A program made the position numbers and the translations under genes. Below the pieces are notes generated by a model. The model saw only the letters and a program-made list of their open reading frames with translations. It was not told where the DNA came from and did not search any database. This document shows, piece after piece, positions 1-9,896 of a stretch of DNA of 64,000 nucleotides. The stretch comes from a bacterium (GTDB taxonomy: Bacteria > Patescibacteriota > Doudnabacteria > UBA920). Location of the stretch: NCBI GenBank assembly GCA_016699995.1, contig CP064996.1, positions 626,963 to 690,962 on the forward strand, given 5' to 3'. Every line of letters begins with the position of its first letter. The stretch's first letter is position 1.

Positions 1-272
1 AGCTCTCGCAAATTTTCTACACCACCAGATTCTTCAAAATCAAACTCTAAAATTTCGGCGCGCGTTTGTGACGACGAATTGAATTCCGAGATCTTTTTGG
101 CGAACTCTACAGCCAAAGACTCCTTGCCTACGCCACGAGGACCCAGGAATAAAAAAGCGTGCGGAATGCTATCAAAGTTTGCCGCATTAACAAAATTATC
201 TAGCAAATGCTTAGCTCCTTTTTGACCAGGGGTTTGCCAGCTGCTTTTGTTATGTTTTTTATCGGTTTTCAC
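1..272 (-). CDS. holB: DNA polymerase III delta-prime-like AAA+ protein, N-terminal part (gene continues beyond window start)
   Basis: Minus-strand translation ...KHLLDNFVNAANFDSIPHAFLFLGPRGVGKESLAVEFAKKI has the HAFLF-GP-G-GK P-loop typical of HolB/delta-prime. Only GTG/TTG starts are available, with a TATAAT 6 nt upstream. Absent from the ORF track because it is truncated. Confidence 0.5.
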   Translation of the reverse strand, partial: MKTDKKHNKSSWQTPGQKGAKHLLDNFVNAANFDSIPHAFLFLGPRGVGKESLAVEFAKKISEFNSSSQTRAEILEFDFEESGGVENLRE

Positions 273-330
273 CTATTTATTATAACACAAAACGTGCCCT
301 AAAACTGAGCTCTTATATGCAAGACTCAGG

Positions 331-885
331 CTAGTTTTGGACCTTAATGGTTCCCTTAGCGGAAGGGTTTATATGGTCATGAAAGCCCCAGGTTCCAACC
401 TTAGCAAATTTGAATTCATATTTACCACCGGCATTGATGCCAGTATCAGCATCGAACTCAGGATATATAGTATGATTCGGATGGTCATCAGAAGCTGGGC
501 GGAACTTGCCATCGCTGTCATTCTTAAAGATCACAATATCCCCTTTTTTGACGGTCAAAGATGCGGGACTAAAACTAGTGCCGTTGTAAATAATTTCATA
601 AACCATTACGTCCGGAGACTGAATATCGTCTTCACCGGTTGGGGTACTGGAACTATTGCTAGTATTAAAGTTAGAGGGCTTGGTAGTTGATGTTGTAGGA
701 TTATCAGTTGGAGAAACTTCACTTTTGGTTATCGTATCCGTGTCTACTGTGGCTTGTGTAGTCGCAGTCGAAGCTGCTTCTTTGTTAGACTGCTCTGCAG
801 TATTATCCACGGGATTAAAGATCAAATAACCAGCAAAGGCTGCCAATATCGCAACCCCGACGATAACGAGTCCCTTATTTTTCAT
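331..885 (-). CDS. membrane-anchored cupredoxin-like domain protein
   Basis: N-terminal TM helix (LVIVGVAILAAFAGYLIF), Thr/Ser-rich linker, then a C-terminal beta-rich domain with His-rich motifs (DDHPNH, WGFHDH) like cupredoxin/EfeO-type copper-binding folds. Confidence 0.55.
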   Translation of the reverse strand: MKNKGLVIVGVAILAAFAGYLIFNPVDNTAEQSNKEAASTATTQATVDTDTITKSEVSPTDNPTTSTTKPSNFNTSNSSSTPTGEDDIQSPDVMVYEIIYNGTSFSPASLTVKKGDIVIFKNDSDGKFRPASDDHPNHTIYPEFDADTGINAGGKYEFKFAKVGTWGFHDHINPSAKGTIKVQN

Positions 886-928
886 ACTATTTATTAGTTA
901 ATTATGGTACTTTAATTATAACATCGCC

Positions 929-2038
929 ATGAACACCAAAAAGTTACAACCGAAAAAGGGCTCTAGTGGTAGCCATACGCTGAATAGAAACTACGACATC
1001 ATTTGTGTTGTCGGCCCGACTGCTTCCGGAAAAAGTGAATTAGCTGTGAGGCTGGCAAAACAATACGACGGCGAAATAATCTCCGCCGATAGCCGCCAGA
1101 TTTACCACGGCATGGACATTGGCTCCGGCAAAGTGGAAGGCAAGTGGGTAAGTAAAGCTAGATACATTGAGAGGAAAGCAGTCGGGAAAAATCTGAAACC
1201 AATAACGGGCGAACAAAGAGAAACTAAAAACAAAGACGATAAAATTTTTGTTTATAAAAATATTCCGCATTACTTGATCGACGAATCTTCCCCATCCGCG
1301 CAATATTCGGCGGCTAAGTTCCAGCGCCGCGCCCGCGCCGCAATTAACGACATAATCAAACGCGGCAAATTGCCCATTGTCTGCGGTGGTACGGGGCATT
1401 GGGTCGAAGCAGCTATTTTCGATACGGATTTTCCCAAGGCCAAACCCGATAAAGCAATCCGAGCGATGCTCAGCCAAATGGCGAAAGAAGAAATGCACGC
1501 CATACTACAAAAAATCGACCACAGGCGCGCGGCGGAGATTGATAAAAATAATCCACATCGCTTGATGCGGGCTTTAGAGATTGTGCTTACTACCGGAAAA
1601 CCAGTTCCTGTTCTAACAAAAAGATCCTATTATAAGAATTTACGTGTATTATGGGTTGGCCTAAATCCAGGCAGCGAGGTGCTAGAAAAAAATATAGCAA
1701 AACGCCTAAAGGCACGGTTGAAAATTGGAATGCTCAAGGAAGTGGCGAATTTACACAAGGCCGTGCCAAAAGAAAAAGACGCACCATCCAATCATACTTT
1801 CAAAAAAAACTCAAAAGGCTTAAGCTGGAAAAAACTCGAGAGCTTTGGGTTGGAATACAAATACTGCGCCCTTTACCTGCAAGACAGAATATCTTTGGAA
1901 GATATGCAAAATAGTATTATTGTCGGCAGCCGGCAATATGCCAAACGACAAATAACTTGGTGGAAGCGCAACCCGGATATTCTCTGGGCTGCTTCGGAAG
2001 CCAAGGCTTTGGCTCTTGCAAAAAAACTCCTTTCCTGA
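929..2038 (+). CDS. miaA: tRNA dimethylallyltransferase (isopentenyltransferase) with an internal ~45 aa insertion
   Basis: IICVVGPTASGKSELAVRLAK P-loop followed by EIISADSRQIYHGMDIGSGK, the MiaA signature. C-terminal helical region. Confidence 0.85.
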   Translation: MNTKKLQPKKGSSGSHTLNRNYDIICVVGPTASGKSELAVRLAKQYDGEIISADSRQIYHGMDIGSGKVEGKWVSKARYIERKAVGKNLKPITGEQRETKNKDDKIFVYKNIPHYLIDESSPSAQYSAAKFQRRARAAINDIIKRGKLPIVCGGTGHWVEAAIFDTDFPKAKPDKAIRAMLSQMAKEEMHAILQKIDHRRAAEIDKNNPHRLMRALEIVLTTGKPVPVLTKRSYYKNLRVLWVGLNPGSEVLEKNIAKRLKARLKIGMLKEVANLHKAVPKEKDAPSNHTFKKNSKGLSWKKLESFGLEYKYCALYLQDRISLEDMQNSIIVGSRQYAKRQITWWKRNPDILWAASEAKALALAKKLLS

Positions 2039-2099
2039 TATCATATTTTTTCGTTGCGCATTTATGCCCAGCGGAAATACAAGTTTAAGGAGAACCCTA

Positions 2100-2515
2100 T
2101 GACCGCAGCAGCTGCACAAAAGGAATTATTAACCAAGCTTGATTCAAGAATTTTGCTTCTAGGAAGCCAGAAAGGCGGCCTTCAAGTAATTGAAATGTCC
2201 GAGGATTCGGGCATGGTCTTTCTCGATCCTTTAGAATTTGATGGCGAAATATGCATCGATCAAGGCGACGGCATAGTTTGTCATTATTCTCTGAAGGTTT
2301 TTGCTGCCCCAAGCAGTATCGCAGACAAGTCTAAAGTAAGTCTCGAAAACCTGCTGCTCTTCCCCCATGCTCTTTATTCCAGTTTGAAACTCTCTATTCG
2401 GGAAGAGATTGGGGCTAGGCTAGAAAGTCTTGAGTATAGCGAATTAGCAGATTACTTCGAAGTAGAAAGTATGGGTATCACCTATACGGTGCAATTCGGT
2501 GCCCTGCAGATCTAA
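2100..2515 (+). CDS. hypothetical protein
   Basis: ORF 2054-2515. An AAGGAG RBS 7 nt upstream of the ATG at 2100 favours that internal start. No recognisable motif. Confidence 0.45.
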
Positions 2516-2556
2516 AAGATAAAGCGACAATACCGTCGCTTTTTTATTTTGATCAA

Positions 2557-3438
2557 CTACCCTTGCATGCGTGCCAGCAGCAACACACCTCCAATGGCCA
2601 TAGCCACACCCAAATATTGATGCTGCCTCAATTTCTCCTTATTAATTAGCACGCCTAACAGGACGGCCAAGATAATATAGCTCTCACTAATAGTAATCGC
2701 GACAGAAATTGGAATATAAACAACCGCAAAAGCAAATGCGATCCAGGCCATGTTATCAAACGTAACCTCCGCTAAAACAGTGAGGGGATATTTCTTGATA
2801 TGCCCCACCATCAAACCGAAGCGGTTGGTAAAAATATAATAAATCACACATGGAATTAAAATTATTAAGCTCGTTGCCCATATAGTCATCAAGGGGCTAG
2901 TCTCCTGACTAGCAAAACCGACTGTAAAATTACCCAGTGCCATAGCTATGGATCCGAAAAACGCTAACCATACCCCCCGTTCGAACTTTTTAATATGGCC
3001 ATGCCAAAGATTCCTTAGTACATGCCTTCCTTCGGTCACTGTTAAAAAAATACCTATGAACACCAACGCGATTATTAAATATGTAAACAGATCTAACCGT
3101 TCATGACCCAACAGAGCGGCTATGATAACCGTGAATGGCAGCTCCAAACTTGCTGTAGGTTCGACTACAGAAAGCTTACCCTTCTTTAAAGCAGTGAATA
3201 AAAAGAACGAAGCGCCAATTAAGACTACGCCGGCAGTAAGTAATATATAAACAGTGCGAGCTTCAAGCAGAGGAAGTTCGTCCCATATGAAAGGCAAAAG
3301 AACTACGGCCGCCACAACATCGATAAAGAACATAGCATCGACAATGCCGGTTTTGCGCGAGGTTCTCTGTATAAAAAAATCACCTAAGCCCCAGCTAACA
3401 AGCGCTACTAAAGCAAAGATGATTCCTAAATATTCCAT
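2557..3438 (-). CDS. EamA/DMT-superfamily transporter (10 TM)
   Basis: 293 aa polytopic membrane protein. N-terminal SWGLGDFFIQR motif and duplicated 5-TM halves typical of EamA family. Confidence 0.7.
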   Translation of the reverse strand: MEYLGIIFALVALVSWGLGDFFIQRTSRKTGIVDAMFFIDVVAAVVLLPFIWDELPLLEARTVYILLTAGVVLIGASFFLFTALKKGKLSVVEPTASLELPFTVIIAALLGHERLDLFTYLIIALVFIGIFLTVTEGRHVLRNLWHGHIKKFERGVWLAFFGSIAMALGNFTVGFASQETSPLMTIWATSLIILIPCVIYYIFTNRFGLMVGHIKKYPLTVLAEVTFDNMAWIAFAFAVVYIPISVAITISESYIILAVLLGVLINKEKLRQHQYLGVAMAIGGVLLLARMQG

Positions 3439-3520
3439 AAATAATTTTGATGTTGATGTTTATAAAAGCTTAAAAAGATTCAACTAACCATACTATTTTA
3501 AAAACCAGTTTCTGAAAAAC

Positions 3521-5074
3521 TTAACTTAATTTCTTCCTAAGCAATTCATTCACCACCTGTGGGTTGGCTTTGCCCTGAGTTTCCTTCATAACCTGACCGA
3601 CCAAAAATCCGAACGATTTTTGCTCGCCAGCTTTAAAATCGGCAACGGCTTTTTCGTTCGCAGCTATAACATTGTCGATAGCAGCTTCGATGGCGCCTTC
3701 GTCGCTTACTTGAACCAGGCCCAGCTCTTCTACTATATGATCCGGCTCGCCGCCCTTTTCGAACATAACCTTAAAGACTTGTTTAGCTGCGCTGCCGCTA
3801 ATTTTACCGTTATCAATGAGCTTTACCAGTTCGGCCATGTTCTCGGCGGAAACCTTAGAATCCATTGGGTTCATATTATTGCTGTTTAACAAAGCAGAAA
3901 ACTCCTGCAGGCACCAATTAGCCGCTCCTTTAACCAGCTTGGCTCGCAATTCTTGATGAGGAATTTCTTTCATGCCGCTGTGCACGCTATCATCTGCAAC
4001 CATCCAGGCGTCGATTTCGCTAACCACGTTCTCAAAATATTCATTAAGTTCTTTCCAAGACAGCAGGTCTTCGATGGCATCATTGGCCAAACTAAACTCC
4101 TGAGCAAAACGCACGCGCTTAGCCGATGGCAATTCCGGAAGATTATTTCGCAGGTCATCTACGAATTCTTTTGTAAAATGCATTGGCGCTAGATCCGGCT
4201 CTGGGAAATAGCGATAGTCATTCGCCTCCTCTTTGCTGCGTTGTTCAACGGTTTCATTTTTCTTTTCATTCCAGCCCATTGTTACCTGCTTTGGCATTTC
4301 GCCAGCTTCCAGTATTTCGATATGGCGGGGTATTTCGTAGTTAATCGCTGCTTCGGCAAATCTAAAGCTGTTGATATTTTTCACTTCAACTTTATACTTG
4401 GGCAAAGTTTCTTCGCCCGGCTTGCGAACAGAAATATTCGGCTCGCAGCGCATAGTTCCCTTTTCCATATCTGCAGCACCAGCGCCAACATAGCGAACAA
4501 TTCTCTGCAACTCCTGTAAAAAAATGCGGGCCTCTTCGGCAGTCTCTACATCTGGTTCGGTTACGATTTCTAATAACGGACAACCAGCACGATTAAGATC
4601 CACCAAGGAATACGGCAAGCCTTCTGGATGGGTGTTTTTACCGGCGTCTTCTTCCAAATGAGCGCGGGTGATGCGAATGCGCTTCGTGTATGCCTCTGGA
4701 TTACCGCCCCACTGGGCTCGACTTGAATCCGCCGGCACACTGATTTCCACCCAGCCATTTTTGGCAATCGGTTCATCGTACTGGGAAATTTGATAACCCT
4801 TTGGAAGATCCGGATAAAAATAATGCTTGCGGTCGAACTTGGAGAATTCTGGAATTTCACAATTCAAAGCCAAGCCTACCATAACACCCAGACGCACTGC
4901 TTCTTTGTTTAATACCGGTAAAGTTCCTGGCTCAGCAGTAACAACTTCGTCTATATTAGTATTTGGCTGTTTCTCATCAGGATTATTCGGTGCGCTCGAA
5001 AACATCTTGCTTTTAGTAGCAAGCTGGACGTGGATCTCTAATCCAATGACTGGTTTATAACCTTTTAGTTCCAT
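3521..5074 (-). CDS. gatB: Asp/Glu-tRNA(Asn/Gln) amidotransferase subunit B
   Basis: N-terminal KPVIGLEIHVQL and C-terminal GatB/YqeY helical domain. Full length 517 aa. Confidence 0.9.
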   Translation of the reverse strand: MELKGYKPVIGLEIHVQLATKSKMFSSAPNNPDEKQPNTNIDEVVTAEPGTLPVLNKEAVRLGVMVGLALNCEIPEFSKFDRKHYFYPDLPKGYQISQYDEPIAKNGWVEISVPADSSRAQWGGNPEAYTKRIRITRAHLEEDAGKNTHPEGLPYSLVDLNRAGCPLLEIVTEPDVETAEEARIFLQELQRIVRYVGAGAADMEKGTMRCEPNISVRKPGEETLPKYKVEVKNINSFRFAEAAINYEIPRHIEILEAGEMPKQVTMGWNEKKNETVEQRSKEEANDYRYFPEPDLAPMHFTKEFVDDLRNNLPELPSAKRVRFAQEFSLANDAIEDLLSWKELNEYFENVVSEIDAWMVADDSVHSGMKEIPHQELRAKLVKGAANWCLQEFSALLNSNNMNPMDSKVSAENMAELVKLIDNGKISGSAAKQVFKVMFEKGGEPDHIVEELGLVQVSDEGAIEAAIDNVIAANEKAVADFKAGEQKSFGFLVGQVMKETQGKANPQVVNELLRKKLS

Positions 5075-5077
5075 AAG

Positions 5078-5500
5078 TTACTTTTGATGAATCAATTTTT
5101 TTATCAATTCGTACGCAAACCTTTTACCTCGATGTTTTTCTCCCCAATAATTCTGCTGAGTATTAATACTCTTTTCCAAATCAAGAAGTGATTTAATCTC
5201 TTCTTCGGTCTCTGCGTGCTTGTCTGTTCTTAGAAAATCAATCGCTGCTCTATGTTTATCTATAACTGGGGCGAAATCAACCTCGAGCCAATCAAGCAAG
5301 GTATTTTTTTCTTCATCAGTTAATTCAACTTTTGCATCTTGAGAGGTTAATGCCCTGAACATATCTGGATACTTATCCTTAATAGCAAGACTTACGCCTG
5401 TCTCAAATACGTCCATATTCTTGAGCATTGTGCCAATATCAGCATTTTGCTTTAACTCAAATTCTGCATTAAGCTGATTGTAATCAATTTCTCTGTGCAT
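5078..5500 (-). CDS. hypothetical protein inserted between gatA and gatB
   Basis: 140 aa acidic protein. 3 nt gaps to gatA upstream and gatB downstream, so it sits inside the operon. No known motif. Confidence 0.55.
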   Translation of the reverse strand: MHREIDYNQLNAEFELKQNADIGTMLKNMDVFETGVSLAIKDKYPDMFRALTSQDAKVELTDEEKNTLLDWLEVDFAPVIDKHRAAIDFLRTDKHAETEEEIKSLLDLEKSINTQQNYWGEKHRGKRFAYELIKKLIHQK

Positions 5501-5503
5501 ATT

Positions 5504-6994
5504 TTAAATTGCTTTCTTAGTGTGCCAATCGGTTGCATCCTGATAGGCAGCTCCGACGTTAAAGACTTTTTGCTCGCCCCATTGCGGGCCGATAATTTGC
5601 AATCCCACCGGCATCTCTTTTTCTCCCCCATCGCTCGGCTTTGCAAAACCGCAGGGAACAGATAGCCCAGGAGTCCCTGCTAAAGAACCAGGGATATTCA
5701 ACTGATCGGCAATATAACCAAACAAGGGGTCGTTAGCTGCTTTGCCTAAAGGCAACGCTACATTCGGAGAACTCGGCGCTACTAACACATCTACCTGCTT
5801 AAATATTTCCTCGAACTCTCTGAGAATCAATCGGCGCACGCGCTGAGCTTTTTTGTAATAAGCATCGTAATAACCAGCAGATAACACATAGGTGCCGATC
5901 ATAATTCGGCGCTTGGCTTCGTCGCCAAAGCCTTCGGCACGGCTCTTCATATACACGTCCAATAAACTGCCTTCTTCTGATGTTGAATGGCCGTAACGGA
6001 TGCCATCATAACGCGCTAAATTAGATGATACTTCACTGGGACAAACAATAGCATAAACCAAAGAACCATATTTCGTGTTCGGCAAGCTCACATCGACAAT
6101 TTCTGCGCCCAATCCGCGCAGAACCTCGATCGCCTCCATCACTCTAGAACGCACATCTTCTTGCATACCCTCTATAAAGTACTCTTTAGGGACGCCAATT
6201 TTCATGCCTTTAATATCGGCATTGAGAAGCTTCGAGTATTCTGGAACTTCCATAGGTCCTGTTGTAGAATCTTTTTCGTCCTGTCCGCTAATAACTTCGG
6301 CAATCATCGCCAAATCGCGTACGCTCTGTGCCATCGCACCCATACTGTCTAATGAACTTGCCATCGCTGCTACCCCATAACGAGACACGCGTCCGTAAGT
6401 CGGCTTCCATCCGCTCACGCCAGTTAAAGATGCTGGTTGGCGAATGCTGCCACCGGTTTCTGTTGCCAAGGCCCAAGGAGCGAGCCCTCCCGCAACTGCA
6501 GCAGCGCTACCGCTGCTAGAGCCGCCTGGCATGCGAGTGGTATCCCAGGGATTGCGAGTCGCTCCGTAGTAAGAAGTTTCACCGCTAGAGCCGTGCGCAA
6601 ACTGATCCATATTGGCTTTGCCGATCATCACAGCTTTCTGTTCTTTCAATTTAGCAATTACAGTGGAGTCATAAGGAGGAATATAGTTATCCAAAATTTT
6701 CGATGCAGCCGTGGTGCGAATGCCTTTGGTTAAAAACAAATCTTTTGCCGCAAACGGAATGCCGCACAAAGGAGGGTTGCCGCCTTCTGCAGCAATATAT
6801 TCATCGGCCTCTTGCGCCTGACGCAAAGCATCTTCTTCGTCTACGGTAATGAACGCATTCAATTTATCCTGATCGCCGACCGGAGACAATTCTTTAATGC
6901 GTGCCAAAAAATATTTCGTCAGTTCCACCGACGAAATCTCTTTGCTATCTAATTTTTGACGCAGCTCATGCAGCTGCAGCTTTTCCCATTCCAT
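5504..6994 (-). CDS. gatA: Glu-tRNA(Gln) amidotransferase subunit A (amidase signature family)
   Basis: Amidase signature GGSSGGSAAAVA. Conserved Ser-cisSer-Lys region. 496 aa. Confidence 0.9.
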   Translation of the reverse strand: MEWEKLQLHELRQKLDSKEISSVELTKYFLARIKELSPVGDQDKLNAFITVDEEDALRQAQEADEYIAAEGGNPPLCGIPFAAKDLFLTKGIRTTAASKILDNYIPPYDSTVIAKLKEQKAVMIGKANMDQFAHGSSGETSYYGATRNPWDTTRMPGGSSSGSAAAVAGGLAPWALATETGGSIRQPASLTGVSGWKPTYGRVSRYGVAAMASSLDSMGAMAQSVRDLAMIAEVISGQDEKDSTTGPMEVPEYSKLLNADIKGMKIGVPKEYFIEGMQEDVRSRVMEAIEVLRGLGAEIVDVSLPNTKYGSLVYAIVCPSEVSSNLARYDGIRYGHSTSEEGSLLDVYMKSRAEGFGDEAKRRIMIGTYVLSAGYYDAYYKKAQRVRRLILREFEEIFKQVDVLVAPSSPNVALPLGKAANDPLFGYIADQLNIPGSLAGTPGLSVPCGFAKPSDGGEKEMPVGLQIIGPQWGEQKVFNVGAAYQDATDWHTKKAI

Positions 6995-7275
6995 TACAAA
7001 ATTGATTTCACTTTATAGTATCTATCTTTGCTCTGTGGAGCGTTTTTTGTTATATCGTCTTGGTATTCGATCATAACGGCTTTATCTGGGCGCACAACAT
7101 TTTCCAAACCAGTTACCGAAGAGACGATTTCCAGCCCTTCTGTATCGACATCTTTAAGCTCGTCTACATAATCCAAAACAGAAGACAGGTCGGTTTGGAA
7201 TTTTTCCACTTCCCCGTCTCGCAGCTCTATACGCGCTAATTGGGCGATTTTTTTGACTTCATCTGTACTTAACAT
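6994..7275 (-). CDS. gatC: Glu-tRNA(Gln) amidotransferase subunit C
   Basis: 93 aa. MLSTDEVKKIAQLARIEL...DVDTEGLE typical GatC. Start overlaps the gatA region, giving the gatCAB order. Confidence 0.85.
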   Translation of the reverse strand: MLSTDEVKKIAQLARIELRDGEVEKFQTDLSSVLDYVDELKDVDTEGLEIVSSVTGLENVVRPDKAVMIEYQDDITKNAPQSKDRYYKVKSIL

Positions 7276-7391
7276 AGCTTAATTATAATGAAATTATTCG
7301 AAAAAGAAAATACTGTATAGAGTGGTTCTAAGTATGGATTTAACCGCGAAAAATTGCTATACTTAGCCCAATCATTAATCTCTATGTATAT

Positions 7392-7940
7392 ATGTGGATT
7401 TTCTTAGGAATTATTGCGATTGCAGTAATCGCTATAATCTTTGTTTACAACTCGCTTATTCGCTCCCGCAATCGCGTGGACGAAGCATGGGCAGATATCG
7501 AAGTTCAGCTTAAGCGCCGCTATGACCTGATCCCTAACCTAGTAAATACCGTTAAAGGTTTTGCTGCGCAGGAATCCGGCGTGCTAGAACGCGTCACCGA
7601 AGCCCGCACCCGCGCGATGGGCGCGCACAACCCGGCCGAACAGGCTCAGGACGAAAACATGCTGTCCTCTACTTTAAAAAGCTTGTTTGCTGTTGCAGAA
7701 AACTATCCTGACCTAAAGAGTAACCAAAATTTTGCTCAATTACAGGCAGACCTTACTGACACAGAAAATAAGATTCAGGCCGCTCGCCGATTTTATAACG
7801 GTAACGTCCGCGACTTTAACACCAAGATCGAAGTCTTTCCTACTAACTTGTTTGCTTCCATGCTTGGCTTTACCAAGCGGGCGTTCTTCGACATCGACGA
7901 CAACGGCCCAGAAAGCCAGAATGTTGAAGTTAAGTTTTAA
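7392..7940 (+). CDS. lemA: LemA family membrane protein
   Basis: N-terminal TM then NSLIRSRNRVDEAWADIEVQLKRRYDLIPNLV, the LemA signature. Classically paired with the downstream HtpX-like protease. Confidence 0.85.
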   Translation: MWIFLGIIAIAVIAIIFVYNSLIRSRNRVDEAWADIEVQLKRRYDLIPNLVNTVKGFAAQESGVLERVTEARTRAMGAHNPAEQAQDENMLSSTLKSLFAVAENYPDLKSNQNFAQLQADLTDTENKIQAARRFYNGNVRDFNTKIEVFPTNLFASMLGFTKRAFFDIDDNGPESQNVEVKF

Positions 7941-7976
7941 ACTTCAATTTTCAAGTAATTAAGGATCAAAAGTCGC

Positions 7977-8876
7977 GTGCTCACTTACACAGAAATTGGT
8001 AAAAATAAGACCTACTCAGTTTTGCTGGTATTTATATTCCTAATCGTCATCATCGGGTTAGGCTGGTTTGCGTCGCAAATGTACAACAACCCGGCCATCC
8101 TAATCGGCGCTGTGATCTTTAGCTCGGTCTCTGCTTTGATTTCTTATTACTACTCAGACAAAATCACTTTAGCTATTTCTGGAGCTCAGCAAATTGATTT
8201 AAAAACCCAGCCGCAGCTCTACCAGCTGGTAGAAAATCTAACCATCACTGCCGGCCTGCCAATGCCGCGCGTGTATATCATAGAAGACACGGCATTAAAC
8301 GCTTTTGCTACCGGACGCAATCCCACCAATGCTGTCATCTGTGTTACGACCGGATTATTGCAGCGACTAGACAAGACCGAACTGGAAGGCGTACTAGCCC
8401 ACGAACTCTCCCACATTGGCAACTACGACATCCGTTTTATGACCTTAGTGGTGGTGTTGGTCGGCGTAATCACATTACTCGCCGACTGGATGCTGCGCCT
8501 TTCCTTATTCGGTGCAGGTGATGACGATAATAACAATAAAAACCCGATCTTCATGCTCATCGGAATCGTCTTAGTGATTGTCTCTCCTATCATCGCTATG
8601 CTTATCCAGCTCGCTGTCTCTCGCAAAAGAGAATTTTTAGCCGACGCATCGGGTGCACTACTTACTCGCTACCCAGAAGGGCTCGCATCCGCGTTAGAAA
8701 AAATCGCCGGCGATAAAGAACCGTTAGAAGCTGCTAATAAAGCTACTGCTCATCTATATATATCAAACCCGCTTAAGGAACACGAAGGCGATTCGCAGAG
8801 CTGGTTCGCTTCCTTATTCAACACTCATCCGCCAATCGAAGAGCGCATCAAGCGTTTGCGCGGGATGGGCAAATAA
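7977..8876 (+). CDS. htpX: M48-family zinc metalloprotease HtpX-like
   Basis: HELSHIGNYD (HExxH) zinc motif and four TM segments. 299 aa. Confidence 0.85.
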   Translation: MLTYTEIGKNKTYSVLLVFIFLIVIIGLGWFASQMYNNPAILIGAVIFSSVSALISYYYSDKITLAISGAQQIDLKTQPQLYQLVENLTITAGLPMPRVYIIEDTALNAFATGRNPTNAVICVTTGLLQRLDKTELEGVLAHELSHIGNYDIRFMTLVVVLVGVITLLADWMLRLSLFGAGDDDNNNKNPIFMLIGIVLVIVSPIIAMLIQLAVSRKREFLADASGALLTRYPEGLASALEKIAGDKEPLEAANKATAHLYISNPLKEHEGDSQSWFASLFNTHPPIEERIKRLRGMGK

Positions 8877-8886
8877 TTTTACAATT

Positions 8887-9156
8887 ATGGGCGAAATGAA
8901 CAACAACCCCGACATCATCCGTTCGCTACTGAACGCAGATGAAGATATGTATCCTAAATTTACCGAAGCCCAAAAGCTCCAGGAATTGGAATATATAAAA
9001 TCGCATATTAGCCACTTGAAAGAAAAGACACTCGACGCCTTAACCGATCCTCAGAGAACCTCCGAAGCGCAAAGATATTTCGATCAAACCGAATTCTGGT
9101 CCTACAAGTTGGATGAATTTTATAAAAGGTATCCGGATTTACAACATTCCACATAA
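8887..9156 (+). CDS. hypothetical small protein
   Basis: 89 aa ORF immediately after htpX. No motif. Confidence 0.4.
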   Translation: MGEMNNNPDIIRSLLNADEDMYPKFTEAQKLQELEYIKSHISHLKEKTLDALTDPQRTSEAQRYFDQTEFWSYKLDEFYKRYPDLQHST

Positions 9157-9288
9157 CCTCACCACAGCAGCACAGACCCCTCGAATATGAGCTTATTCAT
9201 CAAGCCAGATTTGTCGTTACTTAAAATTCCAACACGCAGGTCTTTTATCTTTTAAAAAATTTTCCATTATCAGAAACCAAATCTCAAC

Positions 9289-9318
9289 TTGACAAATTAC
9301 TAACTTTTCTGTATAATG
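9289..9318 (+). promoter_or_regulatory. sigma70-like promoter (TTGACA-N18-TATAAT)
   Basis: TTGACA at 9289-9294 and TATAAT at 9313-9318, about 48 nt upstream of the GGAGGA RBS of the 9366 ORF. Confidence 0.55.
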
Positions 9319-9365
9319 CCTGAAGTTAGTATTTATTGAGTTATTGAGGAAATTTAGGAGGAAAT

Positions 9366-9845
9366 ATGCCAAAACTAAGTCCGCGCCAACTAACCGATAT
9401 TGAGTTTTGCGAGCCCGATCTGATCTTTAGGTTCCAGCCGAGAACGTCTCTGGCTCAAGTAATTTTCGATCAGAGAATGAAAGAGCATATCCATGACTCA
9501 GGTTTTAGAAGTCACTACGAAGAAAGTTACCTTAACGACGATGGAAGAAACTCCATAATCCCAGGCAGAGCGATCTGGCCCTGGCCAACACCCAAGGATA
9601 TGGAGTTTGATGATTTCTTCACCGAAGAAGATTATCAAAGCGCATTTCCTATGAGTTCGGTTCGACCACAGCGCACACAACCCGCTCTCGACTTAACTGT
9701 ATTAGCCGACGAGGCCGAACGATCTACTGAAAATTTCTTCGAACATGAATTCGAAGAACAGCGACAAGCTCGGTTGCTTGAAGAGTTCGAGATCGGCGAT
9801 CGGGCCGAAGCCTACGGAGAACGTCTCCGCAACTACGGAATCTGA
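9366..9845 (+). CDS. hypothetical acidic protein
   Basis: 159 aa. Strong RBS AGGAGGAAATATG. Followed by a rho-independent terminator. Confidence 0.6.
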   Translation: MPKLSPRQLTDIEFCEPDLIFRFQPRTSLAQVIFDQRMKEHIHDSGFRSHYEESYLNDDGRNSIIPGRAIWPWPTPKDMEFDDFFTEEDYQSAFPMSSVRPQRTQPALDLTVLADEAERSTENFFEHEFEEQRQARLLEEFEIGDRAEAYGERLRNYGI

Positions 9846-9865
9846 ACGCCTCCGGTGAAAACGAA

Positions 9866-9896
9866 CCGCGACACAAATTAGTGTCGCGGGTTTTTT
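9866..9896. terminator. bidirectional rho-independent terminator
   Basis: Hairpin CCGCGACAC-aaattag-TGTCGCGG followed by TTTTTT. Lies between the convergent 9366 ORF and recX. Confidence 0.7.

Noticed and set aside
1040-1565. ORFs 1040-1498(-), 1270-1503(-), 1377-1565(+) and similar nested ORFs inside miaA, gatA/gatB, clpC, the VirB6-like gene, ileS and argS.
   Set aside because: They lie wholly within longer ORFs that carry clear conserved motifs. They have no RBS and odd composition, as expected for alternative-frame noise.
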